This document shows, one piece after another, positions 45,092-54,799 of a stretch of 64,000 bases of DNA. The notes beneath the pieces are model-generated. The model ran no database searches. It had not been told where the DNA came from and saw only the letters and a list, made by a program, of their open reading frames with translations. The stretch is from a virus (Duplodnaviria; Caudoviricetes). The DNA is taken from positions 7,160 through 71,159 of the IMG/VR virus record IMGVR_UViG_3300014204_000174, one strand, 5' to 3'. The first letter of the stretch is position 1. Every line of letters starts with the position of its first letter. A program made the translations under genes and the position numbers.

Positions 45092-45227
45092 GGGGGCGAA
45101 TTGGATTCGACGTTAATGCTTAGCTATAGCACAGCGTGGTAGCTGAACGAGTTAAATGCGCTTGAAAACACTCGGGCTATAGTGGTTCATTGACGGACGT
45201 GGGAACCGATGCCCACCGCCTCCACCA
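45092..45227 (+). ncRNA. ssrA: miniature tmRNA-like RNA (136 nt)
   Basis: GGGGGCG/CGCCUCC-A-CCA with G3-U70; UGGAUUCGAC; P2 helices; UUAAAU-GCG resume context; GGAC-GUGGG...CCCAC. Confidence 0.75.
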
Positions 45228-45264
45228 ATTTACTATATTAAACTTATCTTGAGGAGGATAAGAA

Positions 45265-46287
45265 ATGAAAAATGTTAAAATTTCGGTTGTAAAGTTCAAA
45301 GATTGTTGGGCTGTGTATTCATCAGATATCACAAGATTAAGGTTCGATGGAAAAGAAGCTGAACAAAGATTTAATGGTTGGTATTTTATAGATCCAGACC
45401 CAAAGAAGATTACATATGTCTTTGATTCTAAACATGGTGATAAATTTTATGTTTTAAAAGATGCATTTAAGAAATTAACATCAATGTCTATTCCACATGA
45501 GTTTCATTCAGAAACTGTAGAAACTGGAAAAATTGAATATAGTGATGATGATAAGTATGGTGAAATTTGTGTTTGGAAAGAAGAATTTCAGCATCTCAGG
45601 TTAATGTATGAGATTAAATATGATATTATCTCCGGAGGAGAGGAAGAAGTAGAACCAGAGTTCTCATTCAAAGCTGATGTAGATTTTGATTACAGAGATC
45701 CAAGAGGTGTGAAGTTTCCTATTGGAAAAAACAGAGAGATAACTAGCAGTGAAGTAATCAGACCAACTCTAGTTGAGAGTGTAATGTTTCCTGAAGTAGT
45801 GACTAAGACTTTATGAGAATCATCGCTGACATCTGATCAGATGTACAGCATTATTAGAGAACATGTGAAGAATAATATTGATCCGAAGAACGCTTTCGTT
45901 TCGAGTGACTATGATTTCTGTTTCGACGTAATGAAAAGAGTCAAATTAGCTGAACCGATGACAGAGCAGCAAAGTTATTATCCAACTTTTAAGTCTAAGA
46001 AAATGAAAGTTAGAGAAGTAACTATTACTCAAAGAAATTTCTATATATTTAGAATGACAAATGAATGCCGTAAATATAAAGGGTATAATGTTATACCAGG
46101 TGTTAAAGCTAATAATATTTTTGAATTGAAAAAGAAAGTAGATAAGCTTCTTGATGATTTAATGAAAGTTATAAATGCTCCAATAGAAGATTGTCCTCAT
46201 TGTTCTGGTTACGGAGTAATCTTTACAGGAGAAGTAAATCATGATGAGTGGTTTAAAATAATTGGAGCTGAAGATGAGGAAGTATGA
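45265..46287 (+). CDS. conserved phage protein, probably one gene interrupted by in-frame TGA at 45814
   Basis: ORFs 45265-45816 and 45841-46287 are in frame with no other stop; no RBS before 45841; SSDYDFCF motif. Confidence 0.6.
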
Positions 46288-46901
46288 AAAAACTATTGAC
46301 AAAAGTGATCCAGCTTTATAAATTAAAATATAAGGATTTTTTAAACCTCTTGGGGGACTCAGTGATAAAAAGAAGAGAACTAGCCGTTGCTTCATTACTT
46401 GCAAGAAAAGATACAATGTATCTCGTTAAGTTTTTGAAAATGGTATACATTTATGATCTTCTCACTTATGCTGAAACTGGAAAAAGAGCTTTTTCATGGG
46501 ATTATGTTGTTGGAGCTCATTGTCCTGTATCTGTAGCTCTTTTAGATAGTATTATTGGAGCTGGTGCAAAAAGAGAAGATGTGTCAAGTGATTTTATTAT
46601 TGTAGCTCCTCCTGGATCTAAAATCACTGTTCGTAATGTTCATAGAATAAAAATTCTTAAAAAGGCTGATGGTGAAAAGTTTAAGAATATTGTTCTTACT
46701 GAACAAGAAATGGAACGAGCTGGAAGAATATATGATCTCTTTATTAATGCTTTGCCTTCAGCAGTTAATGAAATAGGGTTCTTTGGAAAATCATTTTATA
46801 AAAGATACTTGTCAGATGGATTAGAAGGAAAGATATTTCCAATTGAAAAAGTACTTGATGAAATTCCTATTAGAGTGAAGAAAGAAGAGGCTTCTAAGTG
46901 A
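46284..46901 (+). CDS. Panacea/SocA (DUF4065)-like protein
   Basis: VKFLKMVYIYD...TGKR...DY...HCPV resembles KLxKLLYxxD...G...Y...GPV. Confidence 0.5.
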   Translation: MKKLLTKVIQLYKLKYKDFLNLLGDSVIKRRELAVASLLARKDTMYLVKFLKMVYIYDLLTYAETGKRAFSWDYVVGAHCPVSVALLDSIIGAGAKREDVSSDFIIVAPPGSKITVRNVHRIKILKKADGEKFKNIVLTEQEMERAGRIYDLFINALPSAVNEIGFFGKSFYKRYLSDGLEGKIFPIEKVLDEIPIRVKKEEASK

Positions 46902-47497
46902 AAATAGCTGTATGTGGTTCTCATGGAGTAGGGAAGACTACTCTGGTATTCGACATAGCTTCTGAGTTGAAGAAGATGATGAAGAATGATAGAATAGGAA
47001 TTATCCAAGAGAACGCTGGAAACTGTCCTCTTCCAATAAACAAAAATGGAACATTCATGTCTCAGATGTGGATGATATGTGATCAGGTTAAAGCTGAGAT
47101 AGAAATGGAAGAATCATATTCAGTTGTAGTTTGTGACAGAAGTGTGTTCGATCCAATTTGTTATGCTATGGCTATAAATGATGAATATGATGGTGAACCA
47201 AATGACTTAGCAGATTTTATAGATTATGCAGAAAGTTTGATGTCTATTTACGCTAAGAGCTATGATATGATAATATTGCTTGAACCAAATTCTGATAGTA
47301 TTTCAGAAGATGGACTTAGAAGTACTGATTTAGAATTCAGAGATAAAGTAGCAGATATGTTTTTGATTGAACTTGATAATCTTCATGATAAGGGTATTAT
47401 AAAAAGACTGTATCATATGTATCAAAATTATACAAAAGAAGAAGTTGTAAAGCTTTTAAATTGTACTATTGTTAAAAATATAGGAGAAGAATTTTGA
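46898..47497 (+). CDS. P-loop NMP kinase/ATPase (AAA_28/NadR-like)
   Basis: GSHGVGKTT; CDRSVFD; EDGLRS. Confidence 0.75.
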   Translation: MKIAVCGSHGVGKTTLVFDIASELKKMMKNDRIGIIQENAGNCPLPINKNGTFMSQMWMICDQVKAEIEMEESYSVVVCDRSVFDPICYAMAINDEYDGEPNDLADFIDYAESLMSIYAKSYDMIILLEPNSDSISEDGLRSTDLEFRDKVADMFLIELDNLHDKGIIKRLYHMYQNYTKEEVVKLLNCTIVKNIGEEF

Positions 47498-47946
47498 GTG
47501 ATGAAAAAGATATAAGAACATATACAGAAGTTTTAAGTATATTTGAAAAAAGATCAACATGTGCAAAAAGAAAAGTAGCAGCTATAATTGTAAGAGGTGG
47601 TAGAATAGTTAGCACTGGTTGGAATGGTGTTCCAAGCGGAATGAAACATTGCTGTGATGTTTTTAGTCCAGAAGATATAGCTGAAGATCCATCTGAACAT
47701 CATTTATATCAGAATCAATACGAAATACATGCTGAAGCCAATGCTATTGGTTTTGCTGCTAGGCATGGAGTATCTACAGATGGATGTGATATATATATTT
47801 CATGTTCTCCTTGTTATTCATGTGCAAAGACTATAGTAGCATCAGGAATTAAAAGAGTATTTTATAGAGATAAATACGACTATGATTCAGCTGCTGTAGA
47901 GTTTTTGGAAAGATGTGGAGTAAAGTGTATTTTAGTTCAAATATAA
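47494..47946 (+). CDS. dCMP deaminase
   Basis: STCAKRKVAA, GWNG, HAEANAI, SPCYSC. Confidence 0.9.
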   Translation: MSDEKDIRTYTEVLSIFEKRSTCAKRKVAAIIVRGGRIVSTGWNGVPSGMKHCCDVFSPEDIAEDPSEHHLYQNQYEIHAEANAIGFAARHGVSTDGCDIYISCSPCYSCAKTIVASGIKRVFYRDKYDYDSAAVEFLERCGVKCILVQI

Positions 47947-47952
47947 AACATA

Positions 47953-48444
47953 GTGAGGAAGAAGATGGGTGAAGAAAAGCAGAAACAAAAGAAACAATAT
48001 TTTGGTTCAGATGAAGTCAAATTAGTAGCAGAAAATGTTATTAAAACACAGTCTTCTAAATTAGATCCAGATATTTCTATTGCTAAGATAGATTATTTAC
48101 TAGTTGAACCAGAAATATCTCCAACTACAGTTGCGATGTGTCGTAGAACTTCGCCGCTGTTAAAATATTATGGAGAGATTGATTATGTGGTAGAAGTGTC
48201 TAAAGCTACATGGGATAAGCTTAATGATAAGACAAAAAATATTCTTATACTTCATGAATTAATGCATGTTAAGATTGGATTTGCTAAGAATGGTACTCCT
48301 AAATTTGGAATTAAGAATCATGATATTACTGACTTCTTTCTAATAATCAAAGAATTTGGAACAGATTGGTTAGAGTCAATAAAAAGTTCTGTTGCTTCTA
48401 TATATGATTTTACATCATGTCAAGAAGATAATATCAAAATTTAA
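47953..48444 (+). CDS. putative phage metallopeptidase
   Basis: LHELMH...HD. Confidence 0.6.
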   Translation: MRKKMGEEKQKQKKQYFGSDEVKLVAENVIKTQSSKLDPDISIAKIDYLLVEPEISPTTVAMCRRTSPLLKYYGEIDYVVEVSKATWDKLNDKTKNILILHELMHVKIGFAKNGTPKFGIKNHDITDFFLIIKEFGTDWLESIKSSVASIYDFTSCQEDNIKI

Positions 48445-48495
48445 TGGTTGCTAAATACAGCTGAAATAAAAACATATAAAAACTGAGGAGAGAAG

Positions 48496-49749
48496 ATGAA
48501 AGTTAGTCCTATCATGGCTGATTTAGAACCATTTGGTATAACAATGAAGGATCTTAGGTTCCTAAAAGATACAGAAGAAATGAGAGAGACAGTTCCTCCA
48601 ATGATGGTTGTTGAAGTAACTGAAGATTTCAATATGAATCTTGACAACACTGTTTATGAACTGAAAGCTGGACAAGTACTCGTTATTCAGTTTAATCTTA
48701 TGCTTACTATTCAAAGTTTTCTTGATCGAGATGGAAAGACAAATGTTTTTAAGAAACATGATATAAATTTCAGAGATATGTATAGACCGTATTGTGGACA
48801 AGATTTATCAGGAAAGAAGTTATTTATTATGGCTACATCGATAGGTGATACTCTATTTGTGCAGCCGGTTATTAGAAAGATAAAGAAACTTTATCCAGAT
48901 TGTAAAATAACTTATGCAGCTTCTCCTACTATTAAAGAAATGATTTCATGTTATCCTAAAGGTCTTGTAGATAGGGTATATGAATCTACTTTGTTTGTAG
49001 ATAAGACTTTAGTTGAAGAAGCAGATTATCATCTTTATTGTAATTTCCTTGTTACTAAAAATTTCGAAGCTCACAAACTTGATGCATATGAAATGTTTTC
49101 TAAGTTTGCTGGTTTCGATTTTCATGATGACATAGATACAGATTATGCAATTCTTGAACCAAAGAAATTTGCTATAGATGAAGTTAAGAGATCTTTACCT
49201 ATTAATCCATACGTGGTTTGTCAGATTAGATCTTCAACTTCGAATAGAATGATACCATCTGAAAAATGGTTGAAGATTATCTCAGCTTTAATTGATAATG
49301 GAAGAGATATTGTATTCGTTGATACTGGTAATTTTTATGATGTTTATGAAAATGATATTAAATCAAAATTTCCTCTAGATAAACAGAATAGAATAAAGAA
49401 TCTTTGCAGAGTTTCAAGAGATATGAGACATGTTGTTGCTATAATTTCACAAGCAGAAGGTGTGATTGGTGTTGACTCATCATTTGTTCATATTGCTGCT
49501 GCTCTTAAAGTTCCAGTTATTGGAATTTACACTGCATTCCTTGGAAAAGTTAGAGCATCAACTTTCAAAGGTAAACATAATTGGGTAGATGCAGAAGGAG
49601 TAGAGTGCAGAAGATGGCCGTGCTTCTTTCATCAAGATGAACTGATGCAAGGCTTTTGTGAATATGTGCGAATGGCAGACTTCCCAGATTGTGTCAAAAG
49701 AATAAATCCAGATGAAGTTGTTAAAAAATATTTAGAGATGTTCAAATGA
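48496..49749 (+). CDS. glycosyltransferase family 9 (heptosyltransferase-like)
   Basis: SIGD...P, GVDSSFVHIAAAL.VP, C-terminal CRRWPC...C...C. Confidence 0.8.
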   Translation: MKVSPIMADLEPFGITMKDLRFLKDTEEMRETVPPMMVVEVTEDFNMNLDNTVYELKAGQVLVIQFNLMLTIQSFLDRDGKTNVFKKHDINFRDMYRPYCGQDLSGKKLFIMATSIGDTLFVQPVIRKIKKLYPDCKITYAASPTIKEMISCYPKGLVDRVYESTLFVDKTLVEEADYHLYCNFLVTKNFEAHKLDAYEMFSKFAGFDFHDDIDTDYAILEPKKFAIDEVKRSLPINPYVVCQIRSSTSNRMIPSEKWLKIISALIDNGRDIVFVDTGNFYDVYENDIKSKFPLDKQNRIKNLCRVSRDMRHVVAIISQAEGVIGVDSSFVHIAAALKVPVIGIYTAFLGKVRASTFKGKHNWVDAEGVECRRWPCFFHQDELMQGFCEYVRMADFPDCVKRINPDEVVKKYLEMFK

Positions 49750-49973
49750 GTAATAAATTGTTTATAGTTGGAGAATATATAGCTGATCTTTCAAAAGAGG
49801 TTGGATTTACTCCAACTTCTGTATGGGGTGGAATTTATTCAGATAAAAGTGTTGCTGAATTGTACTGTATTGAACCAAATATGTTTATCTTTGAACTTGA
49901 ATTAGATGCTGAACCGATATTTGATAAAAAACTAGTAGAAGTATACTTTCCAAAAAAAGTAGTTGACATTTAA
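49746..49973 (+). CDS. hypothetical protein
   Basis: ORF track. Confidence 0.5.
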   Translation: MSNKLFIVGEYIADLSKEVGFTPTSVWGGIYSDKSVAELYCIEPNMFIFELELDAEPIFDKKLVEVYFPKKVVDI

Positions 49974-49991
49974 CCACAAATGATTTATATT
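49963..49991 (+). promoter_or_regulatory. class I sigma70-like promoter
   Basis: TTGACA-N17-TATATT. Confidence 0.8.
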
Positions 49992-50019
49992 ATAATTTGT
50001 AATTTCTAGAGGAGGATTT

Positions 50020-50586
50020 ATGGTAATAATATTGTGCGGTCCAGATGGTGTTGGAAAAAGTACTCAGATAAGGCATCTGAAGTCTTTTTTCTCGCATAAC
50101 AAAGACATTCTTTTTCATGAATTGCATTACACTGCTGACATAGCTAAGGATATGGAAGTAGATCAAGCTAAATCTACTAGTATAGTATATTATACTGGTA
50201 TGTTCTGTTTACTTAATGAAATGATAAATCAAGGGTTTAGTGTCGTATGCGATAGAGCTCATATCGGAGAAGCTGTCTACGCTCAGAAATATAGAGGTTA
50301 TTCTGGAGATTATGTGTTTGATTTGGAGAATTCATTTCCTAGTGTAACTAACAATCCAGATGTTTATCTTATCGTGTTTGTAGCTGAACCAATAGATTTA
50401 GCTTTCAGAGAAGATGGAAATTCTCTTGGCAAAGAAGTTGAAGATAAAATCGAAGAAGTTTCCAGATTTAAAGAAGCATTTATAAAATCTAATTTTCAAA
50501 AGAAGAAGCTTATTGATATTACTGGAAAAGATGAATATGATGTTTGGTCTGAAGTCATTAAGTTTATTGATGGAGATAGACGATGA
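50020..50586 (+). CDS. thymidylate-kinase-like NMP kinase
   Basis: GPDGVGKST; CDRAHIGEAVY. Confidence 0.75.
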   Translation: MVIILCGPDGVGKSTQIRHLKSFFSHNKDILFHELHYTADIAKDMEVDQAKSTSIVYYTGMFCLLNEMINQGFSVVCDRAHIGEAVYAQKYRGYSGDYVFDLENSFPSVTNNPDVYLIVFVAEPIDLAFREDGNSLGKEVEDKIEEVSRFKEAFIKSNFQKKKLIDITGKDEYDVWSEVIKFIDGDRR

Positions 50587-51521
50587 CAAAAGACATTCTT
50601 TATCCAGATTTTGCAACAGCTTACAGAGATATTCTTTTAAATATTATGAATCGCGGTGAAGAAAGAAAAGCTAGAGGTTTCTTAGCCAAAGAAATAAGAA
50701 ACTTCTCTATATCAATTAATGGAGCTGGTGGAAATTTATTCAAAAATGAAGTTAGATCTCCAGATTTAAGATATCTATGTGGAGAACTCGCATGGTATTT
50801 CGCTGGAATGAATGACTTAGATTTTATATCAAAATATTCTAAGTTTTGGAATAAAATCTCAGATAATGGTCATTCATGTAATTCTGCTTATGGATATCTT
50901 TTATTCAGAGATCCAGATATTGGTAGAGGACCTATGACACAATGGGCATGGGCTTTAGAGTCTCTAATAAATGATAAAGATACTCGTCAAGCAGTAATTC
51001 ATTTTAATAGAACAAGACATCAGATATTTGGAGTAAAAGATTTTCCTTGTACAATGTATGGTGTGTTTTCAATTAGATATGATCCAATGTTCAAAAAGAA
51101 TGTTCTAGAATCAGATTATGTTTTAGACTTTTCTGTGTTTATGCGCTCTTCTGATTCAATTCTTGGAACAACATATGATATTCCATTTTTCATGCTTCTT
51201 CAGCAACAAATGGCTATAAATGTATCAAAGATTTCGTTCATAAATAACCCTATGAGACTTGGGGATTTTTATTATCATACTAACTCTCAGCATATTTACG
51301 AAAGAGATTTTGAATTAGCAAAAAAAATGTTGAAACATAATTTTTATAAAGATTCTACCCCACCAATAGGGTACAGCCTAATAAATTCTGAAAATGGTGG
51401 TTTACCAAGTATGAATATGGTAGATTTGTATTATTCAATTAAAAATGGTGAAAAAAGAGATTATACAGATCCTTTTATGAAATATGTATATGAAAATGCT
51501 ATTAAGGAAAAAAGTAGTTGA
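50583..51521 (+). CDS. thymidylate synthase homolog, probably dCMP hydroxymethylase/hydroxylase type
   Basis: DKDTRQA, DFPCT, RSSDSILGTTYD (Asp at the position of EcThyA Asn177), HIYE. Confidence 0.75.
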   Translation: MTKDILYPDFATAYRDILLNIMNRGEERKARGFLAKEIRNFSISINGAGGNLFKNEVRSPDLRYLCGELAWYFAGMNDLDFISKYSKFWNKISDNGHSCNSAYGYLLFRDPDIGRGPMTQWAWALESLINDKDTRQAVIHFNRTRHQIFGVKDFPCTMYGVFSIRYDPMFKKNVLESDYVLDFSVFMRSSDSILGTTYDIPFFMLLQQQMAINVSKISFINNPMRLGDFYYHTNSQHIYERDFELAKKMLKHNFYKDSTPPIGYSLINSENGGLPSMNMVDLYYSIKNGEKRDYTDPFMKYVYENAIKEKSS

Positions 51522-51546
51522 CATTTATGGGTTTAAAGAATAAGTA
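51518..51546 (+). promoter_or_regulatory. class II promoter variant
   Basis: TTGACA-N17-TAAGTA. Confidence 0.55.
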
Positions 51547-51576
51547 ATGTAATAATATAAAGTTTTTCCATGGAGG

Positions 51577-52230
51577 ATGGAAATGATAATAGCAAATGTG
51601 TTTGATTTCGATGAGACTCTTTATGGTACTAAAGCTAATACTTTAGCTGCATACAGTAAAGCATATAAAGACTTATTTAAGAATGAAATACCCGAAAGTC
51701 TTCTTGAATCTATATGGAATAATGGAGTAGATGAATCTGCTCATATCTTATTTTCTAAAGAAGATGAGATTGGTGGAAATATGTTAGTATATCATTGTTT
51801 AAAGAAACTTAAAGAAGCAAAGAATTTCATATATAAAGAAATGCTAAAATCTAATCCTCCAGAATTATATAAGAGAGTATGTATTTTATCTTCAAATGCA
51901 AATTTAAATTATATCTGCACAAAAGCTTCTGAAGAATCATTTAAAGCAGTAACAGAATTAATACCTCTTCCATTTAAACCAACTTATATATTTTTTAAAG
52001 GTTCAAAAATTGGAAAAAGCGAACAGTTACAAGGTGCTTTTAGAGATTTGGAATATAATTCTAGGGGAAAAGATTGTGAAGTAAATATAATCGATGATTC
52101 TGAAAAAGAATTGTTTAATTCAGTTATGATAATGAGAAAAGAAATGTCTAATAATTCAAAATTCTTTCTTACTCTGGTTGAATCTGGTTATCCAAGAATA
52201 ATTTGTCATGGGAGAATCGTTTGCAATTGA
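51577..52230 (+). CDS. HAD-superfamily phosphatase-like protein
   Basis: VFDFDETL motif I; IIDDSEKE motif IV. Confidence 0.7.
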   Translation: MEMIIANVFDFDETLYGTKANTLAAYSKAYKDLFKNEIPESLLESIWNNGVDESAHILFSKEDEIGGNMLVYHCLKKLKEAKNFIYKEMLKSNPPELYKRVCILSSNANLNYICTKASEESFKAVTELIPLPFKPTYIFFKGSKIGKSEQLQGAFRDLEYNSRGKDCEVNIIDDSEKELFNSVMIMRKEMSNNSKFFLTLVESGYPRIICHGRIVCN

Positions 52231-53087
52231 ATATTGGTAGCGGCTGTAATATAGAGTTTATAAATGGAGTTGTTAGAAAAAGTTATAATTCTCCAAATTC
52301 TTCTTTATATTCTCAATATATTTGGATGTCTAAAATGAGTAAAGAGCTTCCATATTTATTCCCTAAAGTATGGGGATGGGATGGGCTCGGATACTTCATA
52401 GAAGATTTATCAAAGTATCCAAAAGCATGTGATTTTACTGGAATAGAAAGATCTAAAGTTATAGACATGTGTTTAGTAACTTCAAAAAGAATTTCTGAAA
52501 TTAAAGAAGTTTTTGGTATCAATCATTTTAATTCTTTCTTAGCAAGAATGGATTCTCATTGGAATTTAATGAGTGAATATGTTTTAAAAGTAAAGCATAT
52601 ATATGTAAATGGAAGAGAAGTAAAGAATTTTGATTATCAAGTTTTTAGGTCTGTAGCAGAATCTATGTCTAAAGATTTTAATAGTCTGACATCAAATTGT
52701 CATGGAGATATGACTTTAGAGAATTGCTTTGTTGACTCAGATAGAATTATATTGATAGATCCAAATCCCACCCCAGATTGTTGGAGAAGTTGGATACTAG
52801 ATGTAGCTAAGATTTGTCAGTCTGTTAGATTTGATTATGAAAAAATATTCTACGGAAATGCAGCTAGAATTGAAGGTGATGATGAAAATATTTCTGTTTA
52901 TATTACTAAAGAAAAAATGATGTGGGAATATTGGAAAATTTTAGACAGAAATTTTAGATATGCTAATCTTATAAAAATACTTGAAGTTTCTAACTACTTG
53001 AGGATGTTAAAATATAAATTAGCTCAATCTGAAGAGAAGTTTAGGCTTGCTTTATCAATAGGTTCACTTTTAATGGAGGAAATATAA
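52203..53087 (+). CDS. APH/choline-kinase-like (sugar) phosphotransferase
   Basis: CHGDMTLEN, LIDP, DVAKICQS. Confidence 0.75.
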   Translation: MSWENRLQLNIGSGCNIEFINGVVRKSYNSPNSSLYSQYIWMSKMSKELPYLFPKVWGWDGLGYFIEDLSKYPKACDFTGIERSKVIDMCLVTSKRISEIKEVFGINHFNSFLARMDSHWNLMSEYVLKVKHIYVNGREVKNFDYQVFRSVAESMSKDFNSLTSNCHGDMTLENCFVDSDRIILIDPNPTPDCWRSWILDVAKICQSVRFDYEKIFYGNAARIEGDDENISVYITKEKMMWEYWKILDRNFRYANLIKILEVSNYLRMLKYKLAQSEEKFRLALSIGSLLMEEI

Positions 53088-53840
53088 ATGAATAAATTAT
53101 ATCAATGTGTAGATTCTGCTATTATTCTTTGTGCTGGAGCTTCAAGAAGATATGGTTCAGATAAATTACAAGAAAAGTTTGACGGTAAGACTCTTCCACA
53201 GAGAGCTATTGAGTTTTGTTTCGATAATGGAATAAATGATGTATGCGTTACTTTAAATAAGAAAGATGTCTGTATGGTGGGTTCTAACATTACTACTGCT
53301 GTGAAAGAAGATATTGAATTTTTTGCCAAGAGTAATATGAAACTAAGATTTGACTTTCAAAGTCCAGATGAGTATGGACCAGCAGCTGCTCTTAGACCAT
53401 GGATGGGAAGAGTTGGGAATACTTTAATATTGTTTGGAGATAATTTTTACAGAGGAGAAGTTACTAATCAATTTTTATTCAATGTTAAAAGAGATAAGAC
53501 GGAAGTTGTAGCTACAGTTAAAAGTAATGATTTTGATCCAAGAAATTTACAACTTGCAGCTGCAGTTGGTAATGTTCTTATAGAGAAACCACATGGATTT
53601 GTTTCTGGAGATTTCTTTTGTGGATTTATGGTTGTATCTGAAAAAGCTATGAATAATGATGGACTTTTAAATATGATAGAAAAATCTAATACAAGAGATG
53701 AGTATGAAATAACTGATTTCTTTAATTTTGCTGAAGTTAGAAAGTTTGTAGACATAGAAGCAATAGGAATCGAATGGGCAGATGTTACATATCAATTCGA
53801 CTTCGATAAAGTAAAAGATCTAGCTTCTAAGAGGAAATAA
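53088..53840 (+). CDS. sugar-1-phosphate nucleotidyltransferase (RmlA-like)
   Basis: ILCAGASRR...K, LFGDNF, IEKP, S.TRDEYEITD. Confidence 0.8.
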   Translation: MNKLYQCVDSAIILCAGASRRYGSDKLQEKFDGKTLPQRAIEFCFDNGINDVCVTLNKKDVCMVGSNITTAVKEDIEFFAKSNMKLRFDFQSPDEYGPAAALRPWMGRVGNTLILFGDNFYRGEVTNQFLFNVKRDKTEVVATVKSNDFDPRNLQLAAAVGNVLIEKPHGFVSGDFFCGFMVVSEKAMNNDGLLNMIEKSNTRDEYEITDFFNFAEVRKFVDIEAIGIEWADVTYQFDFDKVKDLASKRK

Positions 53841-53842
53841 TT

Positions 53843-54787
53843 ATGCATGTTTATATTTTAAGTTATCTTCCTGATGATGAGTCTATAAAGTTTTCTAAAA
53901 GATCTGCTCAAATACTAAAACAGTTAGAATGGTTTGCTGAACAATCATCTAAATCTAGAACATTAGATTTAACATATTTAGCTCAAAGATGGAGCCCAGA
54001 TTTTACAAAGAAATTTAGTATTAAAGTAAAAGAACTTCAAAGTAAAGATAATGTATCAATTTCTGTAAATGTAATAGCTACAACAGAAAATATGGGACCA
54101 GCTGGTGGAAGAAATTCTCTTATTAATGAATATATGTTATTACCAGAAAATTATCCAGCTTTCTTCTTTGATGATGATATATTATGTTTTACTTCTGATA
54201 AATTATGGAGTGTATTTGATTATGTAGAGAGACTTCCAGAACAAGTATCAAAAATAGTAAATATAATGTCATTTAAGAATGGTAGATATAAAACTCCAGG
54301 TGAAGATTCAACTATCTCTACGCTTGTAAGTAATACCGAATTAGCTGGTGGTGTGTTCTATGTATCGACGAATAGAGTGTTCTCCAGTGGAATAAGATTT
54401 GATACATCACTAAATACTCTTGAGGATACTGATTTTGCGATAGCTTTAGCACATGCTGGAATGACTAATCTCACATGTCACAATCCATATATGATGGAAA
54501 TGTCAGCTATATCTATTTTATCAACATGTGAGGATCATAGAAAAAGACTTAATCATGAATCTAAAATAAAAATTTCTAAAAAATGGACAGATATATTTGG
54601 TCCAGGAATAGTTGATTATGATGGTAAAAGAATGAACTTACGTGGATTAAAAAAGTTTATTATAAAAAAGATATATGTTGATATGAAAATTTCTAAAATA
54701 GCTGATTTTAAACATGTAATATTAACTATAGATATTCCAAAGGCTCATTTTCAAGTTCCAAGTATATGGAATATAAAATCAAAATAA
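53843..54787 (+). CDS. GT-A glycosyltransferase (TAGT / beta-glucosyl-hmC glucosyltransferase-like)
   Basis: GPAGGRN, FFDDDI, LEDTDFAIAL...G. Confidence 0.6.
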   Translation: MHVYILSYLPDDESIKFSKRSAQILKQLEWFAEQSSKSRTLDLTYLAQRWSPDFTKKFSIKVKELQSKDNVSISVNVIATTENMGPAGGRNSLINEYMLLPENYPAFFFDDDILCFTSDKLWSVFDYVERLPEQVSKIVNIMSFKNGRYKTPGEDSTISTLVSNTELAGGVFYVSTNRVFSSGIRFDTSLNTLEDTDFAIALAHAGMTNLTCHNPYMMEMSAISILSTCEDHRKRLNHESKIKISKKWTDIFGPGIVDYDGKRMNLRGLKKFIIKKIYVDMKISKIADFKHVILTIDIPKAHFQVPSIWNIKSK

Positions 54788-54799
54788 GAGGGCTGTGGA

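Noticed and set aside
18631-48457. Isolated TAAATA hexamers as gp55 late promoters (18631, 29253, 48452)
   Set aside because: Plausibly placed, but the hexamer is too frequent in AT-rich DNA to call without statistics or TSS data.
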